Virus record (IMG/VR): IMGVR_UViG_3300037502_002220
Coordinates: 32,001 to 96,000 of that record
From: a virus
Length of the DNA: 64,000 nt
Direction: 5' to 3' (one strand)
Shown here: in pieces, positions 19,643 through 30,025 of the stretch
Position numbering within the stretch: position 1 is the stretch's first letter
Layout of the letters: every line of letters begins with the position of its first letter
Notes under the pieces: generated by a model
The model's input: only the letters and a program-made list of their open reading frames with translations
What the model was told of the DNA's origin: nothing
Databases searched by the model: none
Position numbers and translations under genes: made by a program

Positions 19643-22600
19643 GCTGTAAAACACCAACGTTTGAAGAACTAATGCAAGCTGTTAAGAACAGGATGTTCTT
19701 AAAGATAGCTAAAGAAAAAACTCAAGACGGTATTGTAGAAGCACTTAAGTTTACCAGTGATGTTCTTCAATTACGCCAGCAGAATGTAAATCCTAAGAAC
19801 GTAGGTGATGATACTTCTCGCTATACGTTAATAGATCCTAGTGCTGGAGATACTTCTGTGTTCTTATCTAATCGTGTAACAGATAGAGTAGCTAGGTACT
19901 ATCGTAAGATATTTGAGAAACCTAGTAACCCTAATACTGCACAAATGGAGTACGGTACTGCTGTACATAAAGTTATGCAGAATCTGTTAGAAGGTAACTA
20001 TAACAACACGCTAGATATTAATGCTGTGTATGCAGCTCAGGTAAACACACCGTACAGCTTAACGTTGGAACAAGTTCAACAGTTAAATAGCTATGCTAAA
20101 AAGCTTTTAAAAGATATCGACGCACAACAACAAGCTATTGACCCTAAAGGTACTTTTAGAATAGCTGTTGAAAACGTAGTCGTAGATCCTGTTAAAGATC
20201 TAGCTGGTACAGTAGACTTAGTAGTAGTATTCTCAGATGGTACAGTAGGAGTCTATGACTTTAAAACAATGTCACCAAAGTCTAATGTCATAGAAAGAAA
20301 TATGTTTGGTCAAATTACCAACGTAACTGGTAGAGACTTTGTAGCTGCTACTACTAGAACAGGTTGGAGTATGCAGATGAACTCCTATCGTGATACATTA
20401 CTAGAATACTACGGTGCTAAAGACGTTAGGTTTACTAGGATTATTCCTATGTTTATGAACTATACGTTAGATGATAATAAGCAAATTACTGGTCTTAGAG
20501 AAATTATAACTGAAGCTAACTTTGAACAGCTATCACCTAGATCTGTAGGTGTAGAAAAGTTTACTAACGCAGCTATTAACGAGTTTCTAAAGACTAGGTA
20601 CGAGTATATAGAGCAGTTAAATAAACAAATACAATCTGCTTCTAGATTAGAGCGTCCTAAGTTGTATCAACAGCTAAACCAAGTGTATGACTCTATAGAT
20701 ATGTTTGTTAACAACATGGATATTACCATGCTGATTAACGATGCACTTGCTGTATCTAAAGGTACTTACGAAACACTAGCTGAACTTAAGGAAGCATATA
20801 CATTTGTTAAAGCTATAGTAGATCTACAGCGTAACTTATCTGATACTACAGAAGCATTTGATATTACCTTTGATGCTGACGTAATAGATACACTAGCTAA
20901 GAATGCAGCAGTACTACATGAAAAGTATATCAAGTTGATTCTTGATGGTGTTGAAGGTAGATACGGTAAGCTTAATGTAGAAGGTGGTGAGATACTACTT
21001 AGTGAAGATGATCTACTTACACAGATCTTTAGCACTACCACAGAATCTCAGAACCCTATTGTAAGATATGCACAAGATTTATTTCAAGGTAGTTACAATT
21101 ATCAACGTAGAGAATTTAGAGATTTTGATGAAGCATTAGCTAGTGTAGAGAAACCATTAATAGAATGGGCTAAGTCTAGAGGTGAAACGTTAGCAGATGT
21201 ATATAAGTATTTACTTGATCTTGAAAACGGTAAGTTCTATGGTAGAGTAGATCTAGCATTTATTGAACGTGCTAATCAAGAACGTGATGCTGAGAACGTA
21301 GAGTTCTTTACTAAGAATTACGAGATAAAAGATAAGAATGCTAAAGGGGAAACGTATAAAGAATGGTACAATCGCAACATAAAAGAACTAACGCAAGTAC
21401 TTGAAGCTAGGTTTAAAAACTTAGATGAAAATCAACGTGTAACTGCTGTACAGCGTGCGCTTGATAATTGGCAGAGTAACAACGATTTAAAGATAGAAAA
21501 CGGTATACCTAGATACCCTAAAGCTTGGTTGAATAAACACAACAGTTGGCTTAAGATTAAACCAGGAGTACTTGCTGCTAATCAATCTGAGCAGTATACG
21601 TTCATGAAAGCTAATAAACCACTGCTAGATTATTACGAGTTCTTGCGCGATAGTGTAGCTAAGTGGAGAGGAGAAACTAGCTACAAACTTATAGATAGTT
21701 ATTTGTTCTATCCTATGGTTAGAGCTAGTGCTATTGAAAAACTAGGTAGGACTAATGCTTATGATACATTACTTACAGACATTAAAGAAGTACTAGAGAT
21801 CAAACAAGATGATCAACTCTTTGGTGTATCTGAAATTAATGACGATGGTACTATGGTAGAAGCTAAGCAGATACCGCTGTACTTTACACAACCGTTTAGG
21901 AACGCTGCTGGTGGTATAGATACATCGCAGATGAGTACAGATATCAGTGCTAGCTTTAGGTTAATGGCTAAGTCTGTGTACAATTACAAGTACATGAATC
22001 AGATTGAAGCTGATATACTAGCACTGCAAGATCTTCTTAAGATGGTCAACTACGAAGAAGGTGGTTGGGGTAAGAAGGTAGTTGACTTTATGAACAGTGT
22101 AGCTAAGAAAGATAAAACAGAATCTGGTTCTATGACCGATACTGTATTTAAAGCACTTAGAGACTATCACCTATATGGTATTAGATTACAGCCAGGGTTT
22201 AATCCTAAGTTTGTAAAAGCTGTAGATAGTGCGATGCAGTGGTTTACACTTAGGTCATTAGGTCTAGGTATCATACCAGCTACTACTTCTTATGTTGCTG
22301 GTCAAGTAAGTGCTAGGTTAGAAGCTGTTAAAGGTCAAATATGGGATACTGAAAAGTGGAACTTAGCTACCAAGCTAATGGCTAAAGAATCTAAGAAGTA
22401 TCACGGTATAGGTTTTTTCTTTGGTGTACACAACGAAGATATGCTACAAGATATCTTACGCCAACGTGTAGGTGGTGTATCTTCAGTACTAGGTAATACG
22501 CTGTACAATAACAATCTTAATAAGTACGTAGATCAGCGTTTGTTAATGGCACCGTGGTCTTATGGTCAAGAACGTTTAGATAATCACATTGCTGTAGCAA

Positions 22601-23637
22601 TGGCACACAGCTATGGTTTTGATAGCAACGGTAATGTAAGATTATTGACTAATCTACCACAAGAGAATCAAAAGAGTGTATACGAACGCATGATCTTTGA
22701 TGAAGCTAAAGGTAGCTTTACTATCGAAGGTCTTAATGAAGAACAAACTTCTAGGGCTATTATACAGTTTCAACAAGCTGTTAGAGCTGGTCAAAAGCGT
22801 GTTACTGGTACACTATCACAAGAAGATATCGCATACTGGCAAACTACGTTAACAGGTAAATTAGTAATGATGTTTAAATCTTGGATGCCTTCTATCCTTA
22901 AAGAAAGATTTGGTGCTACTAGGTTTAATGACGTACTAGATGTAGTAGAGCAAGGTAGATATCGTGCTGTATGGGAGAATAACGAAATAGAAGATAACAC
23001 AAACACACTGGTATATTTCTTACATACTACTAAGAATACAGCAGCGTTTGTAGTTAAGAATCTATTAATGACAAATAGTATTGCACGTAGGTTTGGTGCT
23101 AAGGTTAAGCTAGATGATACTAAACTTAGAAAACAGTACGCTGCATTTCTAAAGAAGTATGAGAAGTACCCTGGTATGCTAGAGAAGGTACCTACGTTTG
23201 AATCTTTTGTGCAAATGAAAGAAGGTCAAATACGTGCTGCTATTGGAGAGTTAGAAGTTTTAATACTACTTTCAGCAGCTATATTCTTGTTAGGTTCTGA
23301 TTTTGATGATGACGGTGAACCACTGTGGTCTGAAACTTGGGTAGCACACCAGATCTTTAAAGTACTTAACCGTACTAAAACAGAACTTAGCTTTACATAT
23401 AATGCAACAGAATACGCTAAGCTAGTAGCTAATCCTATACCTCTTACTGGGTTATTGACACATGTAATTAAGCTACTTGGAAACACAATAGATGAGACTG
23501 GTGATACATTACTTGGTGAAAATAATCAACGAGACAAAGCAGAAAAGTTACATTATACTACAGGACTTATTCAAGGTATGTATCAGCTTAGGAAATTTTT
23601 TGATGTCCTTAGCGTTGATGAAGCAGCTACTCGTTAA
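19639..23637 (+). CDS. Large cargo protein with N-terminal PD-(D/E)XK (RecB/Cas4-like) nuclease domain
   Basis: GTAVH...LAGTVDLV...VYDFKT...QMNSY; 1332 aa; last gene of the + strand module. Confidence 0.75.
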   Translation: MSCKTPTFEELMQAVKNRMFLKIAKEKTQDGIVEALKFTSDVLQLRQQNVNPKNVGDDTSRYTLIDPSAGDTSVFLSNRVTDRVARYYRKIFEKPSNPNTAQMEYGTAVHKVMQNLLEGNYNNTLDINAVYAAQVNTPYSLTLEQVQQLNSYAKKLLKDIDAQQQAIDPKGTFRIAVENVVVDPVKDLAGTVDLVVVFSDGTVGVYDFKTMSPKSNVIERNMFGQITNVTGRDFVAATTRTGWSMQMNSYRDTLLEYYGAKDVRFTRIIPMFMNYTLDDNKQITGLREIITEANFEQLSPRSVGVEKFTNAAINEFLKTRYEYIEQLNKQIQSASRLERPKLYQQLNQVYDSIDMFVNNMDITMLINDALAVSKGTYETLAELKEAYTFVKAIVDLQRNLSDTTEAFDITFDADVIDTLAKNAAVLHEKYIKLILDGVEGRYGKLNVEGGEILLSEDDLLTQIFSTTTESQNPIVRYAQDLFQGSYNYQRREFRDFDEALASVEKPLIEWAKSRGETLADVYKYLLDLENGKFYGRVDLAFIERANQERDAENVEFFTKNYEIKDKNAKGETYKEWYNRNIKELTQVLEARFKNLDENQRVTAVQRALDNWQSNNDLKIENGIPRYPKAWLNKHNSWLKIKPGVLAANQSEQYTFMKANKPLLDYYEFLRDSVAKWRGETSYKLIDSYLFYPMVRASAIEKLGRTNAYDTLLTDIKEVLEIKQDDQLFGVSEINDDGTMVEAKQIPLYFTQPFRNAAGGIDTSQMSTDISASFRLMAKSVYNYKYMNQIEADILALQDLLKMVNYEEGGWGKKVVDFMNSVAKKDKTESGSMTDTVFKALRDYHLYGIRLQPGFNPKFVKAVDSAMQWFTLRSLGLGIIPATTSYVAGQVSARLEAVKGQIWDTEKWNLATKLMAKESKKYHGIGFFFGVHNEDMLQDILRQRVGGVSSVLGNTLYNNNLNKYVDQRLLMAPWSYGQERLDNHIAVAMAHSYGFDSNGNVRLLTNLPQENQKSVYERMIFDEAKGSFTIEGLNEEQTSRAIIQFQQAVRAGQKRVTGTLSQEDIAYWQTTLTGKLVMMFKSWMPSILKERFGATRFNDVLDVVEQGRYRAVWENNEIEDNTNTLVYFLHTTKNTAAFVVKNLLMTNSIARRFGAKVKLDDTKLRKQYAAFLKKYEKYPGMLEKVPTFESFVQMKEGQIRAAIGELEVLILLSAAIFLLGSDFDDDGEPLWSETWVAHQIFKVLNRTKTELSFTYNATEYAKLVANPIPLTGLLTHVIKLLGNTIDETGDTLLGENNQRDKAEKLHYTTGLIQGMYQLRKFFDVLSVDEAATR

Positions 23638-23656
23638 AGTACGTGAGCGGTGCGGT

Positions 23657-23690
23657 AAAAAAAAGGACTACACCGCATTTGGTGTAGCCC
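23657..23690 (-). terminator. Intrinsic terminator at the convergence of the two transcription arms
   Basis: ctacacc/ggtgtag stem with an 8-A tract on + (U tract on -). Confidence 0.7.
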
Positions 23691-23712
23691 CTAAAATTAC
23701 CCTATGAAAGCA

Positions 23713-23985
23713 TTACAAATTTACACAATAAACTGGATCTTTTACAATAATCCTCCTGTTAGTTTTTTCAACATCAACAGGAATAGCTTTGTTACCGTAG
23801 ACTACAACAACAGGTTCTATGATATGTTTACTGAGTTCTATAGTCTTAGCTACAATAGCTTTATTAAGACTTTCTAATTCTGCTTTATAAGCCTCGAATC
23901 TATTCTGTAGCGTAACTACATCATTAACCATTGCTGCAATCTGCTCTTCAGAAAGATTACTTTCTGGGTGAAATACTTCTTTCAT
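23713..23985 (-). CDS. Hypothetical protein (coiled coil)
   Basis: 90 aa ORF in the tightly packed - strand operon. Confidence 0.65.
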   Translation of the reverse strand: MKEVFHPESNLSEEQIAAMVNDVVTLQNRFEAYKAELESLNKAIVAKTIELSKHIIEPVVVVYGNKAIPVDVEKTNRRIIVKDPVYCVNL

Positions 23986-23987
23986 GT

Positions 23988-24347
23988 TTAAAGTTCTGTG
24001 TGATCTAATAATACATTTAACTTCGCGTAAAATTCACTGTGCGTAATAATCTGATAGTCTCTGTATAGATCTTTAATGATACTAGGTACCTTACAATCCA
24101 TAGTCTCTACGATAACCCTAGCTAATGTTAAAGCATCTCTACCGTCTATGTATAGTTCTGGTAGTGCTTCCATGCGTACAATCTCACTATTAAACTCGCG
24201 TTCAGACATATGATGCGCACGCATGTACACTCTCTTAGCATCGACACCGACATTAACTAACATATACTGTGGATGTGGATCCTCATGTCTGTAAAATATG
24301 TAGCGTACTTTCCATATTAAACTAGCGTGTAATGGACTATCCTCCAT
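23988..24347 (-). CDS. Hypothetical protein
   Basis: 119 aa ORF, operon packing. Confidence 0.65.
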   Translation of the reverse strand: MEDSPLHASLIWKVRYIFYRHEDPHPQYMLVNVGVDAKRVYMRAHHMSEREFNSEIVRMEALPELYIDGRDALTLARVIVETMDCKVPSIIKDLYRDYQIITHSEFYAKLNVLLDHTEL

Positions 24348-24669
24348 AGCTTTCGTAGTTATTCTCGATTAGATACTCAAGGTGTTCTTGCATAGACCTT
24401 TCATCAGATTCTTTAAGCCTACGCATATCATCAGATGCAGCTTCATTAGCTTCATCTCTAGCACGTAAACATACTTCAACAGCTTTAGCTAACACTCTTT
24501 TACGTTTATCATTTGCAGATAACCATTCGTTGATCTTAATTAAACGTTCTGTCTTACTAAGTGCTGGAAATAAATGTTTATTACAGTAGTTTATGGTATC
24601 TTGAAAATCAGGTATACGTGGTATTATTTCGTCGTCTTCTATCTCCCCGATGGAAAGAGTTTCTTCCAA
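24337..24669 (-). CDS. Hypothetical protein
   Basis: 110 aa ORF, operon packing. Confidence 0.6.
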   Translation of the reverse strand: MEETLSIGEIEDDEIIPRIPDFQDTINYCNKHLFPALSKTERLIKINEWLSANDKRKRVLAKAVEVCLRARDEANEAASDDMRRLKESDERSMQEHLEYLIENNYESYGG

Positions 24670-25388
24670 CGGGGGTTCTTCTTTTTTTTATCATCTTCCT
24701 CCTCAAGATCATCGTCATTTACGTTAGCAGGCTTAGGCTCTGGTTTAGGTTCTGGCTTAGGTTTATTCTCTACTCTAGGTGCAGGTCTATCTAATACGTT
24801 AGATACACCATCATTGACCTGAGCAAATAATCCTAGATAGAACGGTAAGCTAACGTGCGCTATGAGAATAAATATAGACATAAACGTAGTACCATCTTGA
24901 ATAGTAAGCAACGCTTTACCTATACTACCTGAAAAGAGAAAGTTCAAAAACGTGTAAGCTTCTACTTGAGTACCTCTACCTAGTACAATAAACCAAGTGT
25001 TAGCAAATGCTGGTAACACCGTCCATAAACCAGACATGAGTACATCAAGTAATTCTTTACCAACAACCCAAACATTTTGCTTTAACTTAATAGAAGCATA
25101 TAACTCTTGGAATTGTCTATACAGTGTACTACCAAAGACTACTGATATTGCAGCAATAGCCATATGTGACGCTAACCTTACCCAATAGTTCATATTGTGT
25201 AAGAACGCTACGTCAGCAGCTATGAGACCTTCGAGTACAGCTAAGAATACCAAGAGTGCTTCTTGCAATACTACTTTACGATCACGTATAGCATCGATAA
25301 TATCAGTACCTTTAGACTTAGATTTAAAGATTGCGTACAACATTGCTACACCAAGTGCAGCTACAATCATAGGTACATACTGTGTCAT
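24639..25388 (-). CDS. Multi-pass membrane protein with Pro/Lys/acidic C-terminal tail
   Basis: Several hydrophobic segments; KPKPEPKPEPKP followed by an acidic run. Confidence 0.7.
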   Translation of the reverse strand: MTQYVPMIVAALGVAMLYAIFKSKSKGTDIIDAIRDRKVVLQEALLVFLAVLEGLIAADVAFLHNMNYWVRLASHMAIAAISVVFGSTLYRQFQELYASIKLKQNVWVVGKELLDVLMSGLWTVLPAFANTWFIVLGRGTQVEAYTFLNFLFSGSIGKALLTIQDGTTFMSIFILIAHVSLPFYLGLFAQVNDGVSNVLDRPAPRVENKPKPEPKPEPKPANVNDDDLEEEDDKKKKNPRWKKLFPSGR

Positions 25389-25464
25389 TTCTTAGGAAAC
25401 ATTTTTAAATACAATTTGTAAATGAATACTAACCAGATAAGCCAAGCTATTACGTGTATGATCA

Positions 25465-25833
25465 TCATATTCCGTACATTAACTTGCGAATAAAAAGATT
25501 CATGTTTGAACTTGCTGAACGAAGATCTAGTATCTTATTCTGTACTAAGCTATCTAGTTCTTGTTCTTTTCTATCCATGATCATATTAACTTCTTTTTCA
25601 ACAGCTTTACGTACGAAATCTTCACGTGTACATAGCGTATCTACAATGTGCATACGTTCGTTCTTTAGTACTTTAAAAGTACCTGCGTAAACTTCAGTAG
25701 TATCTACAGTACTAATTGAATCTACCGTAGTAGTTTCTTCCCTAGAACATGCGTACTTGTTAAACATCACTATTACAGCGATCATTACAATACCTTGTAC
25801 GATGTTACTTATCCAACTTGATTTTTGCGACAT
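25465..25833 (-). CDS. Membrane-anchored hypothetical protein
   Basis: N-terminal hydrophobic segment followed by Cys (YACS). Confidence 0.6.
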   Translation of the reverse strand: MSQKSSWISNIVQGIVMIAVIVMFNKYACSREETTTVDSISTVDTTEVYAGTFKVLKNERMHIVDTLCTREDFVRKAVEKEVNMIMDRKEQELDSLVQNKILDLRSASSNMNLFIRKLMYGI

Positions 25834-26230
25834 GATAATTAGGTCCTTTTTGAATCTTTCCAGATCGGTTTAACAATAAAAATAAATCATCCACTTGCTG
25901 TACTGTGTAACCTTCAAGCATATTATCTTCAATATACTTTTCTACTTGCTCTTTAGATGCAGAAGCCTTGCTCATGTTACTGTTATATACAGCAGTCATT
26001 GCTTTTCTTACATCATCATAACTGTAACCTAACGCTAATATCTTAGCCATGGTAACCCACAGTAAGTCTATAGCTTCTTTGAGTTCAGCTTCAGATCTAC
26101 CGTGTTTAAACTCAGCTTCAAGCTCTTTGAGTTCTTCTTGTATCAGCTTAGAGTAAAGGCTACAGGTTTTACGATCTCTGTGCATAGGTACTCCAAACTT
26201 AGACATCCAAATTTCAACTAGTGTAAACAT
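25805..26230 (-). CDS. MazG-like/PRA-PH-type nucleoside triphosphate pyrophosphohydrolase
   Basis: LIQEELKEL...KEAIDLLWV...VYNSNMSK...GKIQKGPNY. Confidence 0.8.
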   Translation of the reverse strand: MFTLVEIWMSKFGVPMHRDRKTCSLYSKLIQEELKELEAEFKHGRSEAELKEAIDLLWVTMAKILALGYSYDDVRKAMTAVYNSNMSKASASKEQVEKYIEDNMLEGYTVQQVDDLFLLLNRSGKIQKGPNYHVAKIKLDK

Positions 26231-27095
26231 GTAAAAGGTTTTTATATTGTTTAATAGACTCGTGAATTAAATCCTCATCTTTGACTGCAGCGTTAACAGG
26301 TATTTTCATATCTACAGGATAGCGTATGATGTTTTTACCATGCCACCAACTAGCTGTAGTTACTAACTGGGCACCACAAAGAGCTGCTTCATGATACGCA
26401 CTCATAGACTTACACCTATTTACTTGCGTATCCATGATAGGGTGAAATATAAAATGTGGGCTTATATCACAAAGCTTCATAAAGTAAGCCATAGGTTCTG
26501 TCCATGTGATTACATCTTGAAACTGTGAATTAAATCCTGTTGGTGTAATACCCATGAAGTACCACTTAGGTTGCAAGCGATCATCGATTTCTATAAAAAC
26601 ATCTTTGTAGTGTTCGTAATCTTCAAACCTAGCAATAGAACCACGTACTACAATAGTAGGTCTTACTTTCTTAGGTTTATAGCTTAGGTTTAAGTTCAAG
26701 AAGTTTTTAATAGTAACGATATGATGATCTTTACCTAGCTTTTCTTTCCAATATTTTGTAAGTTCGTCTGTAGCACAGATTATAGTATCTGCTAACTCTA
26801 AACAATCTTGATGATCTCGGTAATGATCTGGGTACTGATCATAGATCATAAGATCATCAACATCACATATCACAGGTATACCCATACACTTAGCTACCAT
26901 AATAGCAAAAAGATGGTCTCTGGTATGTGGCATACTCATAAAGAGTATAGAAGCACCAGATAATATCCTAGCATGGTTCTCAGCAGGAATGTACATATCT
27001 TTAACTGTAAAGTTCCTAGCTGCATGGTGAAGCATGTTATCGATCCTGTAATAGTTAGTACCTCTACTTGCTGAACGTACTGTTACAATGGTCAT
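26214..27095 (-). CDS. Glycosyltransferase-like protein (GT-B)
   Basis: ICDVDDL, ADTIICAT, NRCKS...HEAA motifs seen in phage GT-B enzymes. Confidence 0.6.
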   Translation of the reverse strand: MTIVTVRSASRGTNYYRIDNMLHHAARNFTVKDMYIPAENHARILSGASILFMSMPHTRDHLFAIMVAKCMGIPVICDVDDLMIYDQYPDHYRDHQDCLELADTIICATDELTKYWKEKLGKDHHIVTIKNFLNLNLSYKPKKVRPTIVVRGSIARFEDYEHYKDVFIEIDDRLQPKWYFMGITPTGFNSQFQDVITWTEPMAYFMKLCDISPHFIFHPIMDTQVNRCKSMSAYHEAALCGAQLVTTASWWHGKNIIRYPVDMKIPVNAAVKDEDLIHESIKQYKNLLHVYTS

Positions 27096-27110
27096 AGTTG
27101 TAAAATTAAA

Positions 27111-27136
27111 AGATGTGGGATGTTACTCCCACATCT
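27111..27136 (-). terminator. Hairpin with GTAACA loop followed by a U tract
   Basis: agatgtggga/tcccacatct perfect 10-bp stem. Confidence 0.6.
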
Positions 27137-27140
27137 AAAG

Positions 27141-27335
27141 TTATTTTCTTTTTCTTTCGTTATCCTCTATGATAGCAGAATCTATTTCAAGTGATAAACT
27201 AGTAGTCTTACCGTAAACAGTAATATCCATACTTTCAAGTTCATCACGTAACTTCTCGTATATACCTTCTGTGTGTGCATGGTCACCATTAAGTACTACA
27301 TCTAGTGTAACAATTAGTTTCTTTCTAAGATTCAT
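27141..27335 (-). CDS. Hypothetical protein
   Basis: 64 aa ORF. Confidence 0.55.
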   Translation of the reverse strand: MNLRKKLIVTLDVVLNGDHAHTEGIYEKLRDELESMDITVYGKTTSLSLEIDSAIIEDNERKRK

Positions 27336-27341
27336 GGTACA

Positions 27342-27629
27342 CTAGTTTAAATGTACTTTATCAGATTCTATCTTAGTAGCTAACTTCTGTTCAGCTAACT
27401 TTTCAAGAAATGCTACAGGTACTGCAATACAATCATCAATCCTGTTTACACACTTACAGAAAGCATCAAGTTCTGGTGTAACATCATGCTTAGTACACAG
27501 CGTTAAAAAAGCACTGAGCATAGGTTCAAGTTGGCTTTCATCTTTCATACAAGTAGCTATCTTCCACTCGTAGGTAGTATCTTGATACTCGAAAGAAATA
27601 GTACTAGAATTAAAACATATCGTTTGCAT
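27342..27629 (-). CDS. Hypothetical protein (start re-called at MQTICF)
   Basis: ATG preceded by TTTAAATTT; avoids overlap with the upstream gene. Confidence 0.55.
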   Translation of the reverse strand: MQTICFNSSTISFEYQDTTYEWKIATCMKDESQLEPMLSAFLTLCTKHDVTPELDAFCKCVNRIDDCIAVPVAFLEKLAEQKLATKIESDKVHLN

Positions 27630-27648
27630 AGGAATAAATTTAAAATGG

Positions 27649-28284
27649 CTAAGCGCCACCTGTATAATCAGGTGGCAACTTAGGACCATGGTGATCAACA
27701 TTAAAAGCTTCGTATGTTGGCGGTACGTAAAATGAATCTAACTCAGAACCTTCTAGTTCTTCTTCAGATACATTGACTTCGTAATGCTCTTGCAACTTAC
27801 TTTTAAAGATAGTAACAAACTGTTGCTTTTTAGTAAGTACTGCATACAATGGATTAACGACTTTGTTTTCATATTCTGTAATACCCATTTTCTTGAGCTG
27901 ATCTACTGTGAACATTTCAGAAAACTTACCTTCGATAAAGCTATTGTAGCTACGATGTAATTCTTTAGGTATTCTAAATACAATAAACACGTGTGCGTTA
28001 TCTTTTAGTTTCATTGGATAATCATCCTCATAAAACTCATGTGTGCGCAAGTACGTTAACGCTTGTCGTTGTAACTTAGTCTTGTTTTCTACAAGTGCAA
28101 ATAAGCGATACCCTACTTGACCATAGTTCTTAGCTTGAAGATATCTCAGATCATAAGTACCCCACATAATAGGTCTCGTCATCTGTAATTTACTAAGGCT
28201 TTCTTTATCAAAGTAAGATAGCATTGCACGAGCTAGGTAAATCCTAGTGCGGTTTACATAAATCTTATTTAACTGTATCTTCAT
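27649..28284 (-). CDS. Hypothetical protein
   Basis: 211 aa, ATGA-coupled. Confidence 0.7.
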   Translation of the reverse strand: MKIQLNKIYVNRTRIYLARAMLSYFDKESLSKLQMTRPIMWGTYDLRYLQAKNYGQVGYRLFALVENKTKLQRQALTYLRTHEFYEDDYPMKLKDNAHVFIVFRIPKELHRSYNSFIEGKFSEMFTVDQLKKMGITEYENKVVNPLYAVLTKKQQFVTIFKSKLQEHYEVNVSEEELEGSELDSFYVPPTYEAFNVDHHGPKLPPDYTGGA

Positions 28285-29060
28285 ACAGTAAAGAATTTGT
28301 ACGCATCAAGTACTTTATCTGGTCTAGCAATAGACACTTCACGATCTTTACCTATCGTATAGGTCATTGCTTGATACAGATCATACCTGGTGTATACACC
28401 ATCTGGCTTGTGATACTTACCGTTAGGCTTAAATGATAAATCCATCATCTGTGAGAAGTGTGTCTTCATCGCAATAGCTTTGTGAGCTTTGAGTGCCACC
28501 TGGCCAATAACGCGTTCAAGTTGTTCACCTTGTAATTGCTCACCAGTAAGTAATGCGTGCGCTTGTACGAGTTCTTCTCTACGTGTTTCAATACGTTGCA
28601 GATAGTTATCGATTACATCATAGATAGCACCGAAGTCTGTAGATGCAAAGTCACGTTGTACAATGTCTACAGCATTGAACACAGATAGGTTCAAACACGC
28701 TTGGTTTTCAAATCCTAAGTACACCTTCATGATAGGTTTGCTTACGTCATGCGCATACAGAAAACCAATAACTGTTTTGTACCTATCGCTACCAAAGACT
28801 TGATCTTCAGTGTTGAGTACAGCTTCTACAAGCACGCGATCTGCGAACATGTACTTCTCAGCAATTTCACCGCTATCAGTAGTATCTACTGCTTTACGGT
28901 TAGGCTCTTGTACGTAGCAGTTGTAACTACTAACGTGTGACGATAGCTTTGTAAATGCAGGTGTAAGTACTGCTTCCGGTGAAGGTAGTGTTAGAAACTG
29001 ATTACCTTCTTGTTGTGACGCTTTGTAGCGCAACAAGTTACTTAATTCAACTTGCTTCAT
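28281..29060 (-). CDS. DUF932-like protein
   Basis: GFENQACLNL resembles the DUF932 RxVCxN motif; C-terminal YDLYQAMT. Confidence 0.5.
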   Translation of the reverse strand: MKQVELSNLLRYKASQQEGNQFLTLPSPEAVLTPAFTKLSSHVSSYNCYVQEPNRKAVDTTDSGEIAEKYMFADRVLVEAVLNTEDQVFGSDRYKTVIGFLYAHDVSKPIMKVYLGFENQACLNLSVFNAVDIVQRDFASTDFGAIYDVIDNYLQRIETRREELVQAHALLTGEQLQGEQLERVIGQVALKAHKAIAMKTHFSQMMDLSFKPNGKYHKPDGVYTRYDLYQAMTYTIGKDREVSIARPDKVLDAYKFFTV

Positions 29061-29080
29061 GGTAAAGTATTTATTGATTA

Positions 29081-30025
29081 TTAATTCCAAATAGATGGGA
29101 TATCTAAACTATCTTGCTCTCTAGGACTAAAGTATTCACTCCAACCTTTGATACGCATACGATGCTTTATGATATTGTTATTGATATAAATATCTCCAAG
29201 ATCTTTAATAGCACCGTGCTTAGCAATCTCTAAATCTAAGTCAGAGATATTTATAGTAGCACAGGTGTTATCTGGCTTAGAGTACACAGCAATGTGACAC
29301 GTTACTGGTTTATCGTAGATAAGCTGTAGTGCTTCACGATAAAAAGAAAGTTGTATATCTGTTCTACGTCTACGTATTTCATTGTTGTAGTCTTCAATAG
29401 GTAACTCAGTATACTTGATGTCGTAGAGTTCAATACTATCTTCGTTAAATACAACTAGATCTATAAGACCTTTACATTCTTTACCATCGTACTTAAAGTA
29501 CACAGGCTTCTGAGCCTCATGTTCAGATCCTAGTTGATCTTTAAGATGGTACCTAAGTAGTTCACTAGGTGCATATAGGTTAATACGTAAATCAGCAGGT
29601 ACTAACTTTCTATCACCTTGCATGTGTAGATGTTCTAGATACTTCTGACCATTCTTAGTTACAACTACTGTGTTAATTCTAGTAGGTGTTTTATAACGCA
29701 TGTTGTACTCTAGCTCATCCATAATTTGAACTAGACCTTCTGTGTTACGATGTAATTCTTTTTCTTCAGGAAATCTTTTGTAATAGGTATCTACAATCTG
29801 TTTTACTTTACCTGTAGGCATCGCTGAAGATTGAGTCCATTCACAAAATAACTTTGTGTACAGCGATGGTGTAAGCACTAAGCAGTCAAAGATAGAACCT
29901 TTGAGTAGTGCTGGATTATCATCATTCTTTTCTCTTCTTGCTATTCCCAGCTCTACTTTTATTTGACTTTGGCTTATCGCTGGGTGATTGTAATACTCCT
30001 TGATTTGTTGCACCTTCGTATCCAT
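29081..30025 (-). CDS. PD-(D/E)XK exonuclease (RecE/DUF3799-like)
   Basis: ISQSQIK, GSIFD, CKGLIDLV, YDIKYT, QLSFY. Confidence 0.8.
   Translation of the reverse strand: MDTKVQQIKEYYNHPAISQSQIKVELGIARREKNDDNPALLKGSIFDCLVLTPSLYTKLFCEWTQSSAMPTGKVKQIVDTYYKRFPEEKELHRNTEGLVQIMDELEYNMRYKTPTRINTVVVTKNGQKYLEHLHMQGDRKLVPADLRINLYAPSELLRYHLKDQLGSEHEAQKPVYFKYDGKECKGLIDLVVFNEDSIELYDIKYTELPIEDYNNEIRRRRTDIQLSFYREALQLIYDKPVTCHIAVYSKPDNTCATINISDLDLEIAKHGAIKDLGDIYINNNIIKHRMRIKGWSEYFSPREQDSLDIPSIWN

Noticed and set aside
20150-20400. Cas4 / CRISPR adaptation module
   Set aside because: PD-(D/E)XK domain lacks the Cas4 Fe-S cysteines and is part of a 1332-aa cargo protein.
2478-23486. Numerous - strand ORFs within the cargo genes
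   Set aside because: Ser/Leu-rich antisense shadows of long + strand genes.
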